In this document: piece by piece, positions 29,562 through 39,947 of the stretch
Layout: every line of letters starts with the position of its first letter
How positions within the stretch are numbered: the stretch's first letter is position 1
NCBI GenBank assembly: GCA_963762565.1
Contig: CAVXLD010000003.1
Location: forward strand, 608,001 to 672,000
Source: an uncultured Verrucomicrobiae bacterium
GTDB taxonomy: Bacteria; Verrucomicrobiota; Verrucomicrobiia; Chthoniobacterales; JAFAMB01
Length of the DNA stretch: 64,000 bases
Direction: 5' to 3'
Made by a program: the position numbers and the translations under genes
The notes under the pieces: generated by a model
Seen by the model: the letters and a program-made list of their open reading frames with translations, nothing else
The model's database searches: none
Told to the model about the DNA's origin: nothing

Positions 29562-30926
29562 TTATTTTCGCAAATTCAAAAACGAAAGTACATCGTCGTA
29601 GAAACCGCTCTGGTTGGCATAGAGAGCGTAGTTCTTGGCGCTCTCAAACCACGCCTTTGCCGAAGGGCGCAGGTTCCGTGCAGTTTGCAAAAGATCTTCT
29701 GTGGTTAACGGCACCACCCGGCCTTCGCGCATCGCGCGAGCCAAGGCTTGTTCGGTGGTGATATCGAACATCGCCTTGATGTCGGCGCCCGAAAACCCTT
29801 TGGTCTTTCGTGCTAACGTCGCCACGTCCAACCGCTCGACGGGCTTTTCCTTGGCCATTAGCTCGATGATCGCAATACGAGCATCTTCGTCGGGCGGCGG
29901 AATAAAAATGATCCGATCAAACCGGCCGGGCCGCCGAAAAGCGGCGTCGAGATGCCAAGGAGCGTTGGTGGCGCCCAGGATCAGAATGCCTTCGTTGTTA
30001 GCAACATTACCATCCATCTCGGCGAGAAACTGGTTGATCAGGGTTCGCATACCGCTTTCCCTTAAGTCTTTTCGATCTGCCGCCAGTGCATCGACTTCAT
30101 CGAAGAACAGGATCGTCGGCGCATGATCACGTGCGAGCTGGAAGAGCTGATGCAAATTTTTCTCACTATTGCCGATGTAGAGATCGAGTATCTGATGGAG
30201 CGCTACCGAGATGAAATTGGATCTGATCTCGCCGGCCGTCGCCTGGCTGATCAGGGTCTTGCCGCAGCCTGGTGGCCCGTAAAGCAGCACGCCACCTCCT
30301 AATTTCTTTCCATAGGCGCGGAACAAGTCGCGGTTCTGGATCGGATAAATGATCTTCATCCGGATCTCTTCTTTGACTTCTTCCATTCCGCCGACGTCCG
30401 CAAAGGAGATCGCGGGCCGGCTTACTTCGTCCATGAAACGCTCTGCCGAGGACTCGTCACCGTAGTCATCCTCGTCAGCCGACCAAAGCTCTTTCTCGAC
30501 ACTGGCTCCGGATGGCGCTGGGGCGGTGCGGCCAGAGAGGCCGAGCAATTTTTCCAGAGCATTATCTCTAAGGGCGGGCCGTAGCTGAATCGCGTTTTCG
30601 TAATGGCCAGACGCGGATGGCCGGTCGCCGTCGGCAATCTCTAGCCGGCTAAGTAATAACCATCCTTCTGCCAGCTTAGGGTCTGCCTGGACTAGTGCCT
30701 CGGTCCGGACGATCGCCTCCGAGATATGGCCGGTCAGTTGCAACAACTGAGCGATCCCCAGCTTTGCTTCTACGCGCTCGGGCTCATGAGTAAGCACCTG
30801 CTCGTACGCCCGTCGAGCCTCATCGAAGCTAAGCTCGTCGAGACAGGCCTGGGCGTACAGGATCAGCAACGGAACGTTGGCCGGCGATACCGCCAACGCT
30901 TCTCGAAGTGATTTGAGCTTTGACAT
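29562..30926 (-). CDS. AAA ATPase with N-terminal TPR domain
   Basis: FADVGGM, Walker A GPPGCGKT, Walker B LFFDEVD, ATNAPW...RRPGRFD. Confidence 0.9.
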   Translation of the reverse strand: MSKLKSLREALAVSPANVPLLILYAQACLDELSFDEARRAYEQVLTHEPERVEAKLGIAQLLQLTGHISEAIVRTEALVQADPKLAEGWLLLSRLEIADGDRPSASGHYENAIQLRPALRDNALEKLLGLSGRTAPAPSGASVEKELWSADEDDYGDESSAERFMDEVSRPAISFADVGGMEEVKEEIRMKIIYPIQNRDLFRAYGKKLGGGVLLYGPPGCGKTLISQATAGEIRSNFISVALHQILDLYIGNSEKNLHQLFQLARDHAPTILFFDEVDALAADRKDLRESGMRTLINQFLAEMDGNVANNEGILILGATNAPWHLDAAFRRPGRFDRIIFIPPPDEDARIAIIELMAKEKPVERLDVATLARKTKGFSGADIKAMFDITTEQALARAMREGRVVPLTTEDLLQTARNLRPSAKAWFESAKNYALYANQSGFYDDVLSFLNLRK

Positions 30927-31088
30927 AACGTTTACGTCTTCAATACCAAAAAAGGAGCAATCAAGCAGCTTTCTTTTCGTCTAAATGTATACGCGAATAT
31001 ACCGCAAAGTTGCGGAAATACTCACTAGTGCTTGGACAAAAGTACGGCCCAAACGATCAATTTCAGGACGATCGGACTGAAATTACGC

Positions 31089-31177
31089 GTGAGAGGTGAG
31101 AAGAGAGGGGGAGAGGTGAGGGGAGAAGGGTGAAAAGTGATTAGTGATTAGTGATTGGTGAGAGGTGATTGGTGATT
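31089..31177. repeat. One-sided GTGA(nnn) heptamer array, about 12 units
   Basis: gtgagag gtgagaa ... gtgatta gtgatta gtgattg gtgagag gtgattg. Confidence 0.8.
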
Positions 31178-31194
31178 CGTGGCGGCTGCTCCAT

Positions 31195-31436
31195 CGCCGG
31201 TAGAGCGAAAATCTCGGCGCGCCCAGGTTAATGATGTCTCCAAGGGTTAATCCGCGCCGGATTTGAGCCGCGCCGTGCGGCCGGCATCCCCCGGGAAAAT
31301 TGTCGCGAACCCAAACGATTTTATCCTGAGACACCGTGGGCGGAGCCTTCCGCACGGCGCGGCTCAAACCCGACGCGAGTTCCCGCAGTAGCGCAGCTTG
31401 CATCCTGGGCGCGTCGAGGTTTTCGCCCTACCGGCG
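31195..31436. repeat. Family C long form (outer and inner inverted repeats)
   Basis: outer IR 31195-31227/31404-31436; inner 28-bp IR 31253-31280/31350-31377. Confidence 0.88.
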
Positions 31437-31441
31437 CTCGC

Positions 31442-32005
31442 CTATGTCTTCAAGAAGTTGAACAGCAACTGCTTACCAACGGAGGTCATGATCGACTCGG
31501 GGTGAAATTGAACACCCTGAATCGGGTAGCGCCGGTGGCGCAGGCCCATGATCTCCCGCTGAGTGGTTTCAGCGGTGACCTCTAACTCTGGTGGGAGGCT
31601 TTCCCTTCGCACGATTAGGGAGTGATACCGAGTCGCTTCAAATGGGTTCGGTAGGGTCCGAAAAACGCCGTCCCCTTCGTGTACGATCGGGGATGTCTTC
31701 CCGTGCATGAGACGGTCTGCCCGGACGACTTCACCTCCAAAAACGTGTCCGATGCATTGGTGCCCCAAGCAAACGCCGAGAATCGGAGTGGTAGGTCCAA
31801 ACTTCAGAATCAGATCGTTGCTGATCCCGGCATCGAGAGGCGTTCCCGGTCCGGGCGAGATGCAAATCCGGTCGGGATGCATCTGGGCAACCTCATCCAG
31901 GGTTACCCGGTCATTTCGTTTAACCACCAGATCCGCTCCGAGCTCCCCAAAATATTGGACCAGGTTGTAGGTAAATGAATCGTAATTGTCGATGATGAGC
32001 ATCAT
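31442..32005 (-). CDS. trpG: Anthranilate synthase component II (glutamine amidotransferase)
   Basis: [30 protein letters not shown]; coupled to trpE. Confidence 0.92.
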   Translation of the reverse strand: MMLIIDNYDSFTYNLVQYFGELGADLVVKRNDRVTLDEVAQMHPDRICISPGPGTPLDAGISNDLILKFGPTTPILGVCLGHQCIGHVFGGEVVRADRLMHGKTSPIVHEGDGVFRTLPNPFEATRYHSLIVRRESLPPELEVTAETTQREIMGLRHRRYPIQGVQFHPESIMTSVGKQLLFNFLKT

Positions 32006-33498
32006 ATAATGGCTTGAGCTCTTTCGATGGCTCGGAACAGAGCCATCGCTTTATTGACGCATTCCTGGTATTCCGATTCGGGAACCGAATCCGCGACCAC
32101 GCCGCAACCGGCCTGAGCGAATGCGACACCATCCTTCAACACGATGGTTCTGAGGGCGATGCAGGAGTCCAAATTCCCGTCGAACCCAAAATAGCCGATC
32201 GCTCCGGAATAAACCCCTCTTTTTCCCTTCTCGAATTCGTTGATCAGCTGCATGGCCCTTACCTTAGGGGCTCCGGATACCGTTCCGGCCGGGAATGTTG
32301 CCCGCATAACGTCGTCAGCATCAGATCCGGACTTCAACAGGCCCTCGATGTTGGAAACGATGTGCATGACATGGCTGTACCGCTCGATGGTCATGAAATC
32401 GCTGACCTTAATAGAGCCGAACTCGCAAATCCGCCCGACATCATTTCGGGCCAAATCGACCAGCATGAGGTGTTCGGCTCTCTCTTTTGGATCCTTTAAT
32501 AGATCGGCCGCTAACTCCTGGTCTTCTTCGGGTGTGGCCCCTCTTCGCCGGGTACCAGCCAGCGGCCGGATCTCGACTTTCCGATCACGAAGCCGGACAT
32601 GCACTTCTGGTGAACTGCCCACTAGGGAGAAATTCTCCCCGAGCCGCAGATAAAACATATACGGAGAGGGGTTCACGAAGCGCAGAGCGCGGTAGAGTGA
32701 GATGGGACTACCGCTATAGTTGGCTTGGAACCGCTGCGAAGGAACGATCTGAAACACGTCCCCTGCCCGGATATGTTCCTGACAACGCCGAACAATATCG
32801 CAGAAGTCCTCCTTGCTGGTGTTCGATTGCGGCGAAAGATTGGGTGCAACCTGGGCCGCGTTCATCAGCCGGGGATGGGTGGGGGATTCTAACCGCTCCA
32901 CGATCTTGGCGATTTTGGCCCCGGCCTCCTCATAAGCGACCTCCGGACCTCTCTCATCAATGAAAGCCGGCGCAAAAATCTTCAGCCGCCGGTACCGATG
33001 ATCGAATACCAGGAACGTGTCGGTAATTATAAATACCGAATCTGGAACATTCAGTTGGTCGGGCGGGGAGGGCGACACCGTTGTCTCGAAAAAGCGGACC
33101 ACATCGTAGCCGATGTAGCCGACCGCTCCCCCAACGAACGGAGGTAGTCCCGGGTATTCGACAAACGAATACCGGCTCATGAGCTTCCGCAGCTCGGCTA
33201 ACGGATCACTATCTGTCTCGAATTCTCGGACGGTCCCGTTCTCCTCGATGCGAATCTTGGAACCCCGGCTCTCGAAGTATACCCGGGGAGAACTCCCCAG
33301 GATCGAATACCGGCCGACGTGATCACTGGTTTCCGCCGACTCCAGCAAAAAAGAGCGCCGCCCGTCGTCGATCTTTTCCAGAACTCCAACCGGAGTTTCG
33401 TAATCGGCGACGAACTCGGTGTAAACAGGGACCAACTTCCCGCGCTCAGCAAGTTTGAGGAATGCTTCCCTGGGGGGATTGAGTGGAGCCGTGGTCAT
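32002..33498 (-). CDS. trpE: Anthranilate synthase component I
   Basis: [40 protein letters not shown]. Confidence 0.94.
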   Translation of the reverse strand: MTTAPLNPPREAFLKLAERGKLVPVYTEFVADYETPVGVLEKIDDGRRSFLLESAETSDHVGRYSILGSSPRVYFESRGSKIRIEENGTVREFETDSDPLAELRKLMSRYSFVEYPGLPPFVGGAVGYIGYDVVRFFETTVSPSPPDQLNVPDSVFIITDTFLVFDHRYRRLKIFAPAFIDERGPEVAYEEAGAKIAKIVERLESPTHPRLMNAAQVAPNLSPQSNTSKEDFCDIVRRCQEHIRAGDVFQIVPSQRFQANYSGSPISLYRALRFVNPSPYMFYLRLGENFSLVGSSPEVHVRLRDRKVEIRPLAGTRRRGATPEEDQELAADLLKDPKERAEHLMLVDLARNDVGRICEFGSIKVSDFMTIERYSHVMHIVSNIEGLLKSGSDADDVMRATFPAGTVSGAPKVRAMQLINEFEKGKRGVYSGAIGYFGFDGNLDSCIALRTIVLKDGVAFAQAGCGVVADSVPESEYQECVNKAMALFRAIERAQAII

Positions 33499-33878
33499 TC
33501 TTTATAAACCTCAGTCGGGTCAAAAACCTTCTCTTCTTTCGTTTCTTTGGGTTGCCCTTGCAAATCGAGCTCTTGAAAGAAACAGGACCGATAACCGGTG
33601 TGACAAGCGCCCGCCACTTGTTCAACCTCGAAAAGGAGTGTGTCCCGATCACAATCGGTAAACCAGCGCACAACCTTTTGTTTGTGGCCGCTCGTCTCTC
33701 CTTTGAGCCAAAGCTTTTGCCGGGACCGGCTCCAAAAGTGCATAAACCCGGTCTCCAAAGTCCTATCGAGGGAGTCTCTGTTCATCCAGCCCATCATCAG
33801 CACCCGGCCCGGGGCGTCTGCTTCGCGAACAATGGCTGGAATAAGCCCATCCTTAGAGTATCGAAAATCGAGGTTCAT
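33495..33878 (-). CDS. hisI: Phosphoribosyl-AMP cyclohydrolase
   Basis: [31 protein letters not shown]. Confidence 0.95.
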   Translation of the reverse strand: MNLDFRYSKDGLIPAIVREADAPGRVLMMGWMNRDSLDRTLETGFMHFWSRSRQKLWLKGETSGHKQKVVRWFTDCDRDTLLFEVEQVAGACHTGYRSCFFQELDLQGQPKETKEEKVFDPTEVYKE

Positions 33879-33979
33879 TTTATTCGAGAAGGGCAGCCAC
33901 GGAAGTCCGAACGCCGCCAAATTTGGAGAAATTGTCCCTTACCTCAGGGCAACGACTAGCGCAAGAGTGGGGGAGGATT

Positions 33980-34265
33980 GCGTATGGGCGTGCCGGCGTA
34001 TGGGCGTATCGGCGTGTGGGCGAAACGACTGGATGGGTGAGCAGGCTTTGGTGGGGCGAGGCTCCCGAACGACGATTGGCTTTCGCAGCGTTGGGATCTT
34101 TGCAAACCGGTTGGTGACCAACACCGATTGGCGTGCCGAGCCGCGCTCGACGGTAGCAAACCATGGGACCGGCTCGGCCCGTTATTCGGCCTGGCCACCC
34201 GAAGGGTCGGAAATCATCACGAGCGCTGCGAAGCCGACGTGAACGTTCGGGAGCCTCGCCCAACC
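33980..34265. repeat. GCGTATGG octamer array (33980-34022) + Family B element (34048-34265)
   Basis: GGCTC[73]GAGCC ... GGCTC[75]GAGCC; terminal gtggggcgaggctcccgaac / gttcgggagcctcgccc. Confidence 0.88.
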
Positions 34266-34400
34266 TAATGAAAAATCTGCTTTTCATTAGAAAAACTAAT
34301 GGACGGATGGAGCAGTCCATGAAAATAAAAAATGCGCGCGTAATACCAAGGTGTTGGTTGCTACGCGAGGCAAGCGTGGGTAAGAGTCAGAACAAGTATC

Positions 34401-35498
34401 GTGCTCAACCATCAATACACCAGGTACTCGCTTGCGATACGTGGCTCAGGACGAGGCTGGGTGCTCTTGGGTTTTACGGTCGCGGCATTTGTCGGGTTCC
34501 TTTCATTGGCGCCCGTTGCTCGGGCTCAGGATTCAACAATCCGGGCAATCCAAAACATTTTTGATCCACTATCGGCGCCAGCCGAGACGCTTTACTCAAT
34601 CTCGCTATTGGTGCTGGCGGTTTGTGCCGGGATTTTTCTGATCGTGGGCGGACTGCTAACCTACGCGATTATCCGGTATCGGCGTCGGGGTCCGGAGGAC
34701 GACCATGAAGAACCCCCGCAGGTTTACGGCAGCGCGGCGATTGAGCTCGCGTGGACGGTGCCGCCAATCTTGATCGTGGTGATGTTGGTTTTGGTCACCG
34801 CTCGGACGATTGGTGAAATCGAACATCATCAGATGCCGCCGGCAGCCGAACAAATTCGCGTCATAGGACACCGTTTCTGGTGGGAGATCCGTTATCCTAA
34901 ACATGGCGTTGTGACGGCTAACGAAATTCATGTGCCGCTCAGTGACCGTAAAAATCGAGTGCCCACGGAAATGATTCTGGAGTCGGCCGACGTGATCCAC
35001 GGATTTTGGGTACCCCAGTTAAATGGGAAAACCATGTTGGTTCCGAACTACCGAAATACGATGTGGATCGAGCCCTATTCCACGGGCATCTATTTGGGAA
35101 ACTGCACTGTTCTCTGCGGGCAGCAACACGCCAACATGTTAATCCGGGTCATAGTGGATAAACCGGACGTCTATCAAAAATGGCTGGAGTCGCAGAAGCA
35201 GGCCCCGGCGCCTGATCCGCAAACTGCGGAGGGGCAAAAGCAGTTTATCGCGAATTCGTGCGGGACCTGCCACACCATTGACGGTCTGCGCGGAGCCAAC
35301 GGCGTATTTGCTCCGGACTTAACGCATTTCGCCAGTCGCGCAACCCTTGGATCGGGGGTGGCGCCCAACGATGAACAGAATCTGCGAACCTGGGTAAAGG
35401 ATCCGCAGACCCTAAAAGCCGGCTGTCTCATGCCGAACATGCAACTCTCAGATAAACAAGTTGACGCGATTGTGGCTTATCTCCGAACCCTCAAGTGA
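34401..35498 (+). CDS. coxB: Cytochrome c oxidase subunit II with fused cytochrome c (caa3 type)
   Basis: IELAWT, SADVIHGFW, CuA ligands CTVLCGQQHANM, C-terminal CGTCH; exact start uncertain. Confidence 0.93.
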   Translation: MLNHQYTRYSLAIRGSGRGWVLLGFTVAAFVGFLSLAPVARAQDSTIRAIQNIFDPLSAPAETLYSISLLVLAVCAGIFLIVGGLLTYAIIRYRRRGPEDDHEEPPQVYGSAAIELAWTVPPILIVVMLVLVTARTIGEIEHHQMPPAAEQIRVIGHRFWWEIRYPKHGVVTANEIHVPLSDRKNRVPTEMILESADVIHGFWVPQLNGKTMLVPNYRNTMWIEPYSTGIYLGNCTVLCGQQHANMLIRVIVDKPDVYQKWLESQKQAPAPDPQTAEGQKQFIANSCGTCHTIDGLRGANGVFAPDLTHFASRATLGSGVAPNDEQNLRTWVKDPQTLKAGCLMPNMQLSDKQVDAIVAYLRTLK

Positions 35499-35504
35499 CC
35501 CGTT

Positions 35505-37205
35505 ATGGCCAACCCCACTTCCACACTCAAGGAAATAGGAACAGAACTGGCGCCGGCTCCTCCGGGCCAAGAACACGGTTCTCCGACGGCCTGGATTCAG
35601 GACCTGATTTTCACGGTAGATCATAAAAAACTGGGTTTCATGTACCTTGGATCGGGTTGGTTGTTTTTCATTGCCGGCGGGATCCTGGCTGTGCTGATTC
35701 GTACCCAAATAGCGGTACCGAACAATCACTTCCTGGACGGGGAAACCTTTAATGGCGTGATCACGATGCATGGCACCACGATGATCTTTTTCTTCGCGAT
35801 GCTGATGGTGTTCGGGTTAATCAACTACATCGTGCCGCTCCAGATCGGCGCTAGGGACATGGCGTTTCCGCGTCTAAACGCGTTTTCATTTTGGGCGTCG
35901 TTTTTTGGAGGCGTCTTTCTTTTTACGAGTTACATCTTTGGTCCCGGTCTATATGGGACCGGTGCGGCCCCGGACGCCTCCTGGTTTGCGTTAGCCCCCC
36001 TGACTTCCCGGGCTTTTTCGCCAGGGAATAACATTGATTTTTGGTCGCTGGGGCTGCTGGTCAGCGGCGTTGGCAGTATCACGGGCGGCGTCAACATCAT
36101 GGTCACAATCTTCTGCTATCGCACGAAGGGCATGACCCTTTACCGGATGCCGCTGTTCACCTGGTTGGCCCTGGTGACGATGTTTCTGGTGATCATGTTT
36201 ATGCCGCCGCTATCCGCCGCCCAAATCATGTTGGTCCTGGAACGATTCTTCGGTGCGAAATTCTTCGAGGCTCAAGCCGGCGGGTCGCCCGTTTTATGGC
36301 AACACTTTTTCTGGATCTTCGGTCATCCGGAGGTCTACATCCTGGTATTACCCGCCTTTGGAGTTATTTCGGAAGTGATCCCGGTGTTTTCGCGAAAGCC
36401 GATTTTCGGCTACCCGATGATGGTGGCGGCGAGCGTAATGATTGGTTTTATCAGCGCGGGCGTATGGGCCCACCATATGTTCACGATCGGGATGGACTCT
36501 TTCAGTGTTACCTTCTTCGCTTTTGCCACTTTCGTCATTGCGATCCCAACTGGTATTAAGATCTTCAATTGGCTTGGGACCATGTTCGGCGGGAAAATAC
36601 GGTTAGAAATTCCGATGCTTTTTTGCATCGCCTTTTTGTTCCAGTTTCTCATCGCCGGATTGACCGGCATCATGTTGGGATGCGCGCCCTTTGATTGGCA
36701 GCTCAACGATTCGTACTTTGTTATCGCTCACTTTCACTATGTCATTGTTGGTGGGATCGTTTTTGGGGTCTTTGCCGGCTTCTACTATTGGTTTCCTAAA
36801 GCGACAGGCCGAATGCTAGACAAGCGGTTAGGAATTTGGCATTTCTGGCTGTTCACCATCGGGTTCCATCTCACCTTCGATCCGCAGCACTTCTTAGGTT
36901 TTCTGGGTATGCCCCGCCGGATCTACACCTACCAGGAAGGGCGAGGCTGGGAGTTCCTCAATATGCTCTCCACCATCGGCGCGTTCATCCAAGCCGTCGG
37001 CGCGATCATCTTCATCGTGAACATGATCTATTCAGCTCGAAAGGGAAAGATTGCCGGGGACGACCCTTGGGATGCTTGGACGCTGGAGTGGATGACGTCG
37101 TCGCCGCCGCCCGACTACAATTTCGAACAGCTACCAGAAGTGCGCAGCCGGCGTCCACTCTGGGATTTAAAACACCCTGAAGATCCGGATTGGAAGTTTG
37201 AGTAA
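35505..37205 (+). CDS. ctaD: Cytochrome c oxidase subunit I, A1 type
   Basis: HGTTM, DMAFPRLN, FGHPEVY, WAHHM, PTGIK, HFHY, MPRR. Confidence 0.96.
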   Translation: MANPTSTLKEIGTELAPAPPGQEHGSPTAWIQDLIFTVDHKKLGFMYLGSGWLFFIAGGILAVLIRTQIAVPNNHFLDGETFNGVITMHGTTMIFFFAMLMVFGLINYIVPLQIGARDMAFPRLNAFSFWASFFGGVFLFTSYIFGPGLYGTGAAPDASWFALAPLTSRAFSPGNNIDFWSLGLLVSGVGSITGGVNIMVTIFCYRTKGMTLYRMPLFTWLALVTMFLVIMFMPPLSAAQIMLVLERFFGAKFFEAQAGGSPVLWQHFFWIFGHPEVYILVLPAFGVISEVIPVFSRKPIFGYPMMVAASVMIGFISAGVWAHHMFTIGMDSFSVTFFAFATFVIAIPTGIKIFNWLGTMFGGKIRLEIPMLFCIAFLFQFLIAGLTGIMLGCAPFDWQLNDSYFVIAHFHYVIVGGIVFGVFAGFYYWFPKATGRMLDKRLGIWHFWLFTIGFHLTFDPQHFLGFLGMPRRIYTYQEGRGWEFLNMLSTIGAFIQAVGAIIFIVNMIYSARKGKIAGDDPWDAWTLEWMTSSPPPDYNFEQLPEVRSRRPLWDLKHPEDPDWKFE

Positions 37206-37223
37206 CCATCAATTACCGAATTT

Positions 37224-37817
37224 GTGAGCACTGAACTATTAGCAACGGCCGAAACGGAGTGGCAATTACCGTCTCCACGAAAAGTCGGGTTAATCCTGGT
37301 GATCCTGACTGAGTCTGCGCTGTTCACTATCTTCGTGGTGGCGTACTTGTTTTACATTGGGAAGAGTTTGAATCCGCCCTATCCGAAGGAGGTCTTAGAG
37401 TTTCCTTGGCTGGGATCGTTCTTTCTGTTTTCCAGCAGTGGAACCGTGGTGGTTGCAGAGCAGCGGCTAAAAAAGGGGGACAAGACCGGCTTTCACCTTT
37501 GGTGGGGGATCACCGCGCTATTAGGCCTGGGATTTTTGATCTATACCGGCACCGAGTGGTACGGCCTGATCTATCACGATCATCTGACTCTAAGCACCAA
37601 CCTGTTTGGCTCTACTTTTTATTCCCTGGTTGGCCTGCACGCGAGTCATGTGATCGTTGGTTTGATATTACTCACCCTGATCTTAGTGGCCAGTTTGACT
37701 GGTAACATCCAGGAACGCCACCACGAGCACATTGAGATGATCTCCTGGTACTGGCATTTCGTGGACGGGATCTGGGCCGTGGTTGTGACGGTAGTTTACA
37801 TCATCGGGATGCAATAA
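37224..37817 (+). CDS. coxC: Cytochrome c oxidase subunit III
   Basis: FYSLVGLHASHV, YWHFVDGIW. Confidence 0.92.
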   Translation: MSTELLATAETEWQLPSPRKVGLILVILTESALFTIFVVAYLFYIGKSLNPPYPKEVLEFPWLGSFFLFSSSGTVVVAEQRLKKGDKTGFHLWWGITALLGLGFLIYTGTEWYGLIYHDHLTLSTNLFGSTFYSLVGLHASHVIVGLILLTLILVASLTGNIQERHHEHIEMISWYWHFVDGIWAVVVTVVYIIGMQ

Positions 37818-37824
37818 ATCGCCA

Positions 37825-38673
37825 ATGGAAACCGAACATCATTCTGAGCATCAGAACGCCGAGGGCGTGGAACTACCGACCCCTACTGCTTGGCCGATGA
37901 TCGCCGCGCTAGGGATCATGTTGATAGCGGGCGGATTCGTCACCAGCATTGTAGTTTCGATGGTTGGATTTCTTCTAGGACTTATTGGAGGGATCGGTTG
38001 GTTTCGTGCCCTATTCCCGTTACCGAGTCACGAATTTGTGCCGTTTGTGGAGCCGGCCAAACGACCAGCAGCGATCAAGGTCTCACCCCGCCGTATCAGT
38101 CACTTGTCATTAGGGATGGGGGGACACCGGGCCTACTACCCGCTCCGGGTTCACCGATATTCATCGGGGATCACTGGGGGATTAGCCGGCGGAGCCGCTA
38201 TGGCGGTGTTAGCCATGCTCTATGGCCTGATATTTGAGCATAGCATCTGGTACCCGATTAACTTGTTAGCGGCTGCTGGGCTTCCGACGATGGAGACAGC
38301 GAACGTGGCGACGCTGAACGAGTTTCATTTATCTGCTTTTATCATTGCGGTACTGAGCCATGGAGTTTTGTCGATCCTGGTTGGGATGCTCTACACCGTA
38401 CTTCTGCCGATGTTACCCGCGCGTTACGAATGGTTCTGGGGAGGGATTATTATTCCCCTGATTTGGACGGCGATGCTGTTTCCGATGTTCGATATCGTTA
38501 ATCCAGCGTTAGCTATTCACGTGAATTGGTTCTGGTTTATTATCTGCCAGATTTCGTTTGGCCTCGTTGGTGGTTACGTAGTCTTCAAGTCACAAAAGGT
38601 CGAGACGATGCAAACCTGGTCGCTAGCGGCCCGCATGGGTGTGCACGCAATGGAAGCCGAAGAAGAGCAATGA
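37825..38673 (+). CDS. Membrane protein; N-terminus resembles oxidase subunit IV
   Basis: LPTPTAWPMIAALG plus about 6 TM helices; position after coxC. Confidence 0.6.
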   Translation: METEHHSEHQNAEGVELPTPTAWPMIAALGIMLIAGGFVTSIVVSMVGFLLGLIGGIGWFRALFPLPSHEFVPFVEPAKRPAAIKVSPRRISHLSLGMGGHRAYYPLRVHRYSSGITGGLAGGAAMAVLAMLYGLIFEHSIWYPINLLAAAGLPTMETANVATLNEFHLSAFIIAVLSHGVLSILVGMLYTVLLPMLPARYEWFWGGIIIPLIWTAMLFPMFDIVNPALAIHVNWFWFIICQISFGLVGGYVVFKSQKVETMQTWSLAARMGVHAMEAEEEQ

Positions 38674-39395
38674 ACTTCTCCTGGCCAAGCATTTTGTTCT
38701 ACGCCTGTTCAGCGGCCGGCCTCTTAACGGTTTCCGGGTGCGATCAACTGCCTGGTAAACCTAAGGAGAGCGATCGTTGGCAGCCGCCGGAAGCGGTCAA
38801 GGACTTTAAGACTCTCTTTGGCACCAACTGCAGCGCCTGTCATGGCGACGACGCGGCGATTGGGCCGGCCCTCTCCGTGCAGAATCCTCTTTTTTTAGCA
38901 GTGATCCCAAAAGACATACTGAGGAAGATCATCGCTGACGGAATCAAGGGAACTCCGATGCAGGGATTCGCCAAGGCCAACGGAGGTGATCTGACTGACG
39001 AGCAAATAGACATTTTAGCTAACAACCTGACTAGCAAAGCCGTTCAACAACCGAACTTGCCTGCCTATTCCGCCCCGCTGGGAGACGCCAACCACGGGTC
39101 AGAAGTGTACAATCAATATTGTGCGAACTGTCATGGTCAAGCTGGCCAGGGAGGAAAAGCCGGCTCGCTCGTTAACCCTGACTACCTGCATTTGGTTTCC
39201 GACCAATACTTACGAAGCGTCATCATTGCCGGCCGGCCCGAGCTAGGCATGCCGAACTACCAAGAATTTGTAAAAGACCATCCAATGTCGTCAGAAGAGA
39301 TTGCGGATGTCGTCGCTTGGTTGGCTTCACATCGGCTAACCGCCGAGGAAGCCAATGCAGCTGTTTCACCAACCGCGAACGCTTCTTCTCAATAG
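38670..39395 (+). CDS. Diheme c-type cytochrome, probable lipoprotein
   Basis: lipobox VSGC; CSACH and CANCH, each with a downstream Met. Confidence 0.88.
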   Translation: MNFSWPSILFYACSAAGLLTVSGCDQLPGKPKESDRWQPPEAVKDFKTLFGTNCSACHGDDAAIGPALSVQNPLFLAVIPKDILRKIIADGIKGTPMQGFAKANGGDLTDEQIDILANNLTSKAVQQPNLPAYSAPLGDANHGSEVYNQYCANCHGQAGQGGKAGSLVNPDYLHLVSDQYLRSVIIAGRPELGMPNYQEFVKDHPMSSEEIADVVAWLASHRLTAEEANAAVSPTANASSQ

Positions 39396-39398
39396 ACC

Positions 39399-39944
39399 AT
39401 GGCTAGCGATCCAAACGAAGGTAGTGCACACGAAATTCCCAAGTACGATTGGAAGGAAACGCGGCGCGATTTCTTGCTGAAGCTGGGTATAGGTATTAAC
39501 GCGGTCGCCGGCGCGCTCATTGCTATTCCAATCGTCGGTTACTTTATTTCTGCCATCGTTGAAAAGAAGTCGCCGACCTGGATATCACTTGGGTCTATCG
39601 ACCAATTCCCTGAAGAATCCACCCGGATGGCGGTTTTTATTAACCCCTACCGCACGCAGGCGGATGGCAACACCGCTCATATCCCTTGCTGGGTAAAGCG
39701 GATGCAAGGTGAGAATTTCACGGTTTTTGCGGTCAATTGCACTCACCTCGGCTGTCCCGTCCGTTGGTTCGAGCAATCAAAGTTATTTCTCTGCCCTTGT
39801 CACGGAGGAGCCTACTATGAAGACGGCAGCCGCGCGGCGGGTCCGCCTCCCCGGGGTCTGTACGTCTACGAACACAAGGTAGAAAAAGGTGATTTGGTTA
39901 TCAAAGCCGGCGTCCTGCCAACCCTGGCGGATCCTAATGCTTAG
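39399..39944 (+). CDS. Rieske 2Fe-2S subunit of a cytochrome bc complex
   Basis: Tat motif TRRDFL, CTHLGC, CPCHGG. Confidence 0.93.
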   Translation: MASDPNEGSAHEIPKYDWKETRRDFLLKLGIGINAVAGALIAIPIVGYFISAIVEKKSPTWISLGSIDQFPEESTRMAVFINPYRTQADGNTAHIPCWVKRMQGENFTVFAVNCTHLGCPVRWFEQSKLFLCPCHGGAYYEDGSRAAGPPPRGLYVYEHKVEKGDLVIKAGVLPTLADPNA

Positions 39945-39947
39945 GTC

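Noticed and set aside
29023..30126. Long antisense ORFs opposite real genes (also within trpE, glgP, murJ)
   Set aside because: Expected shadow ORFs in GC-rich coding DNA, with no recognisable motifs
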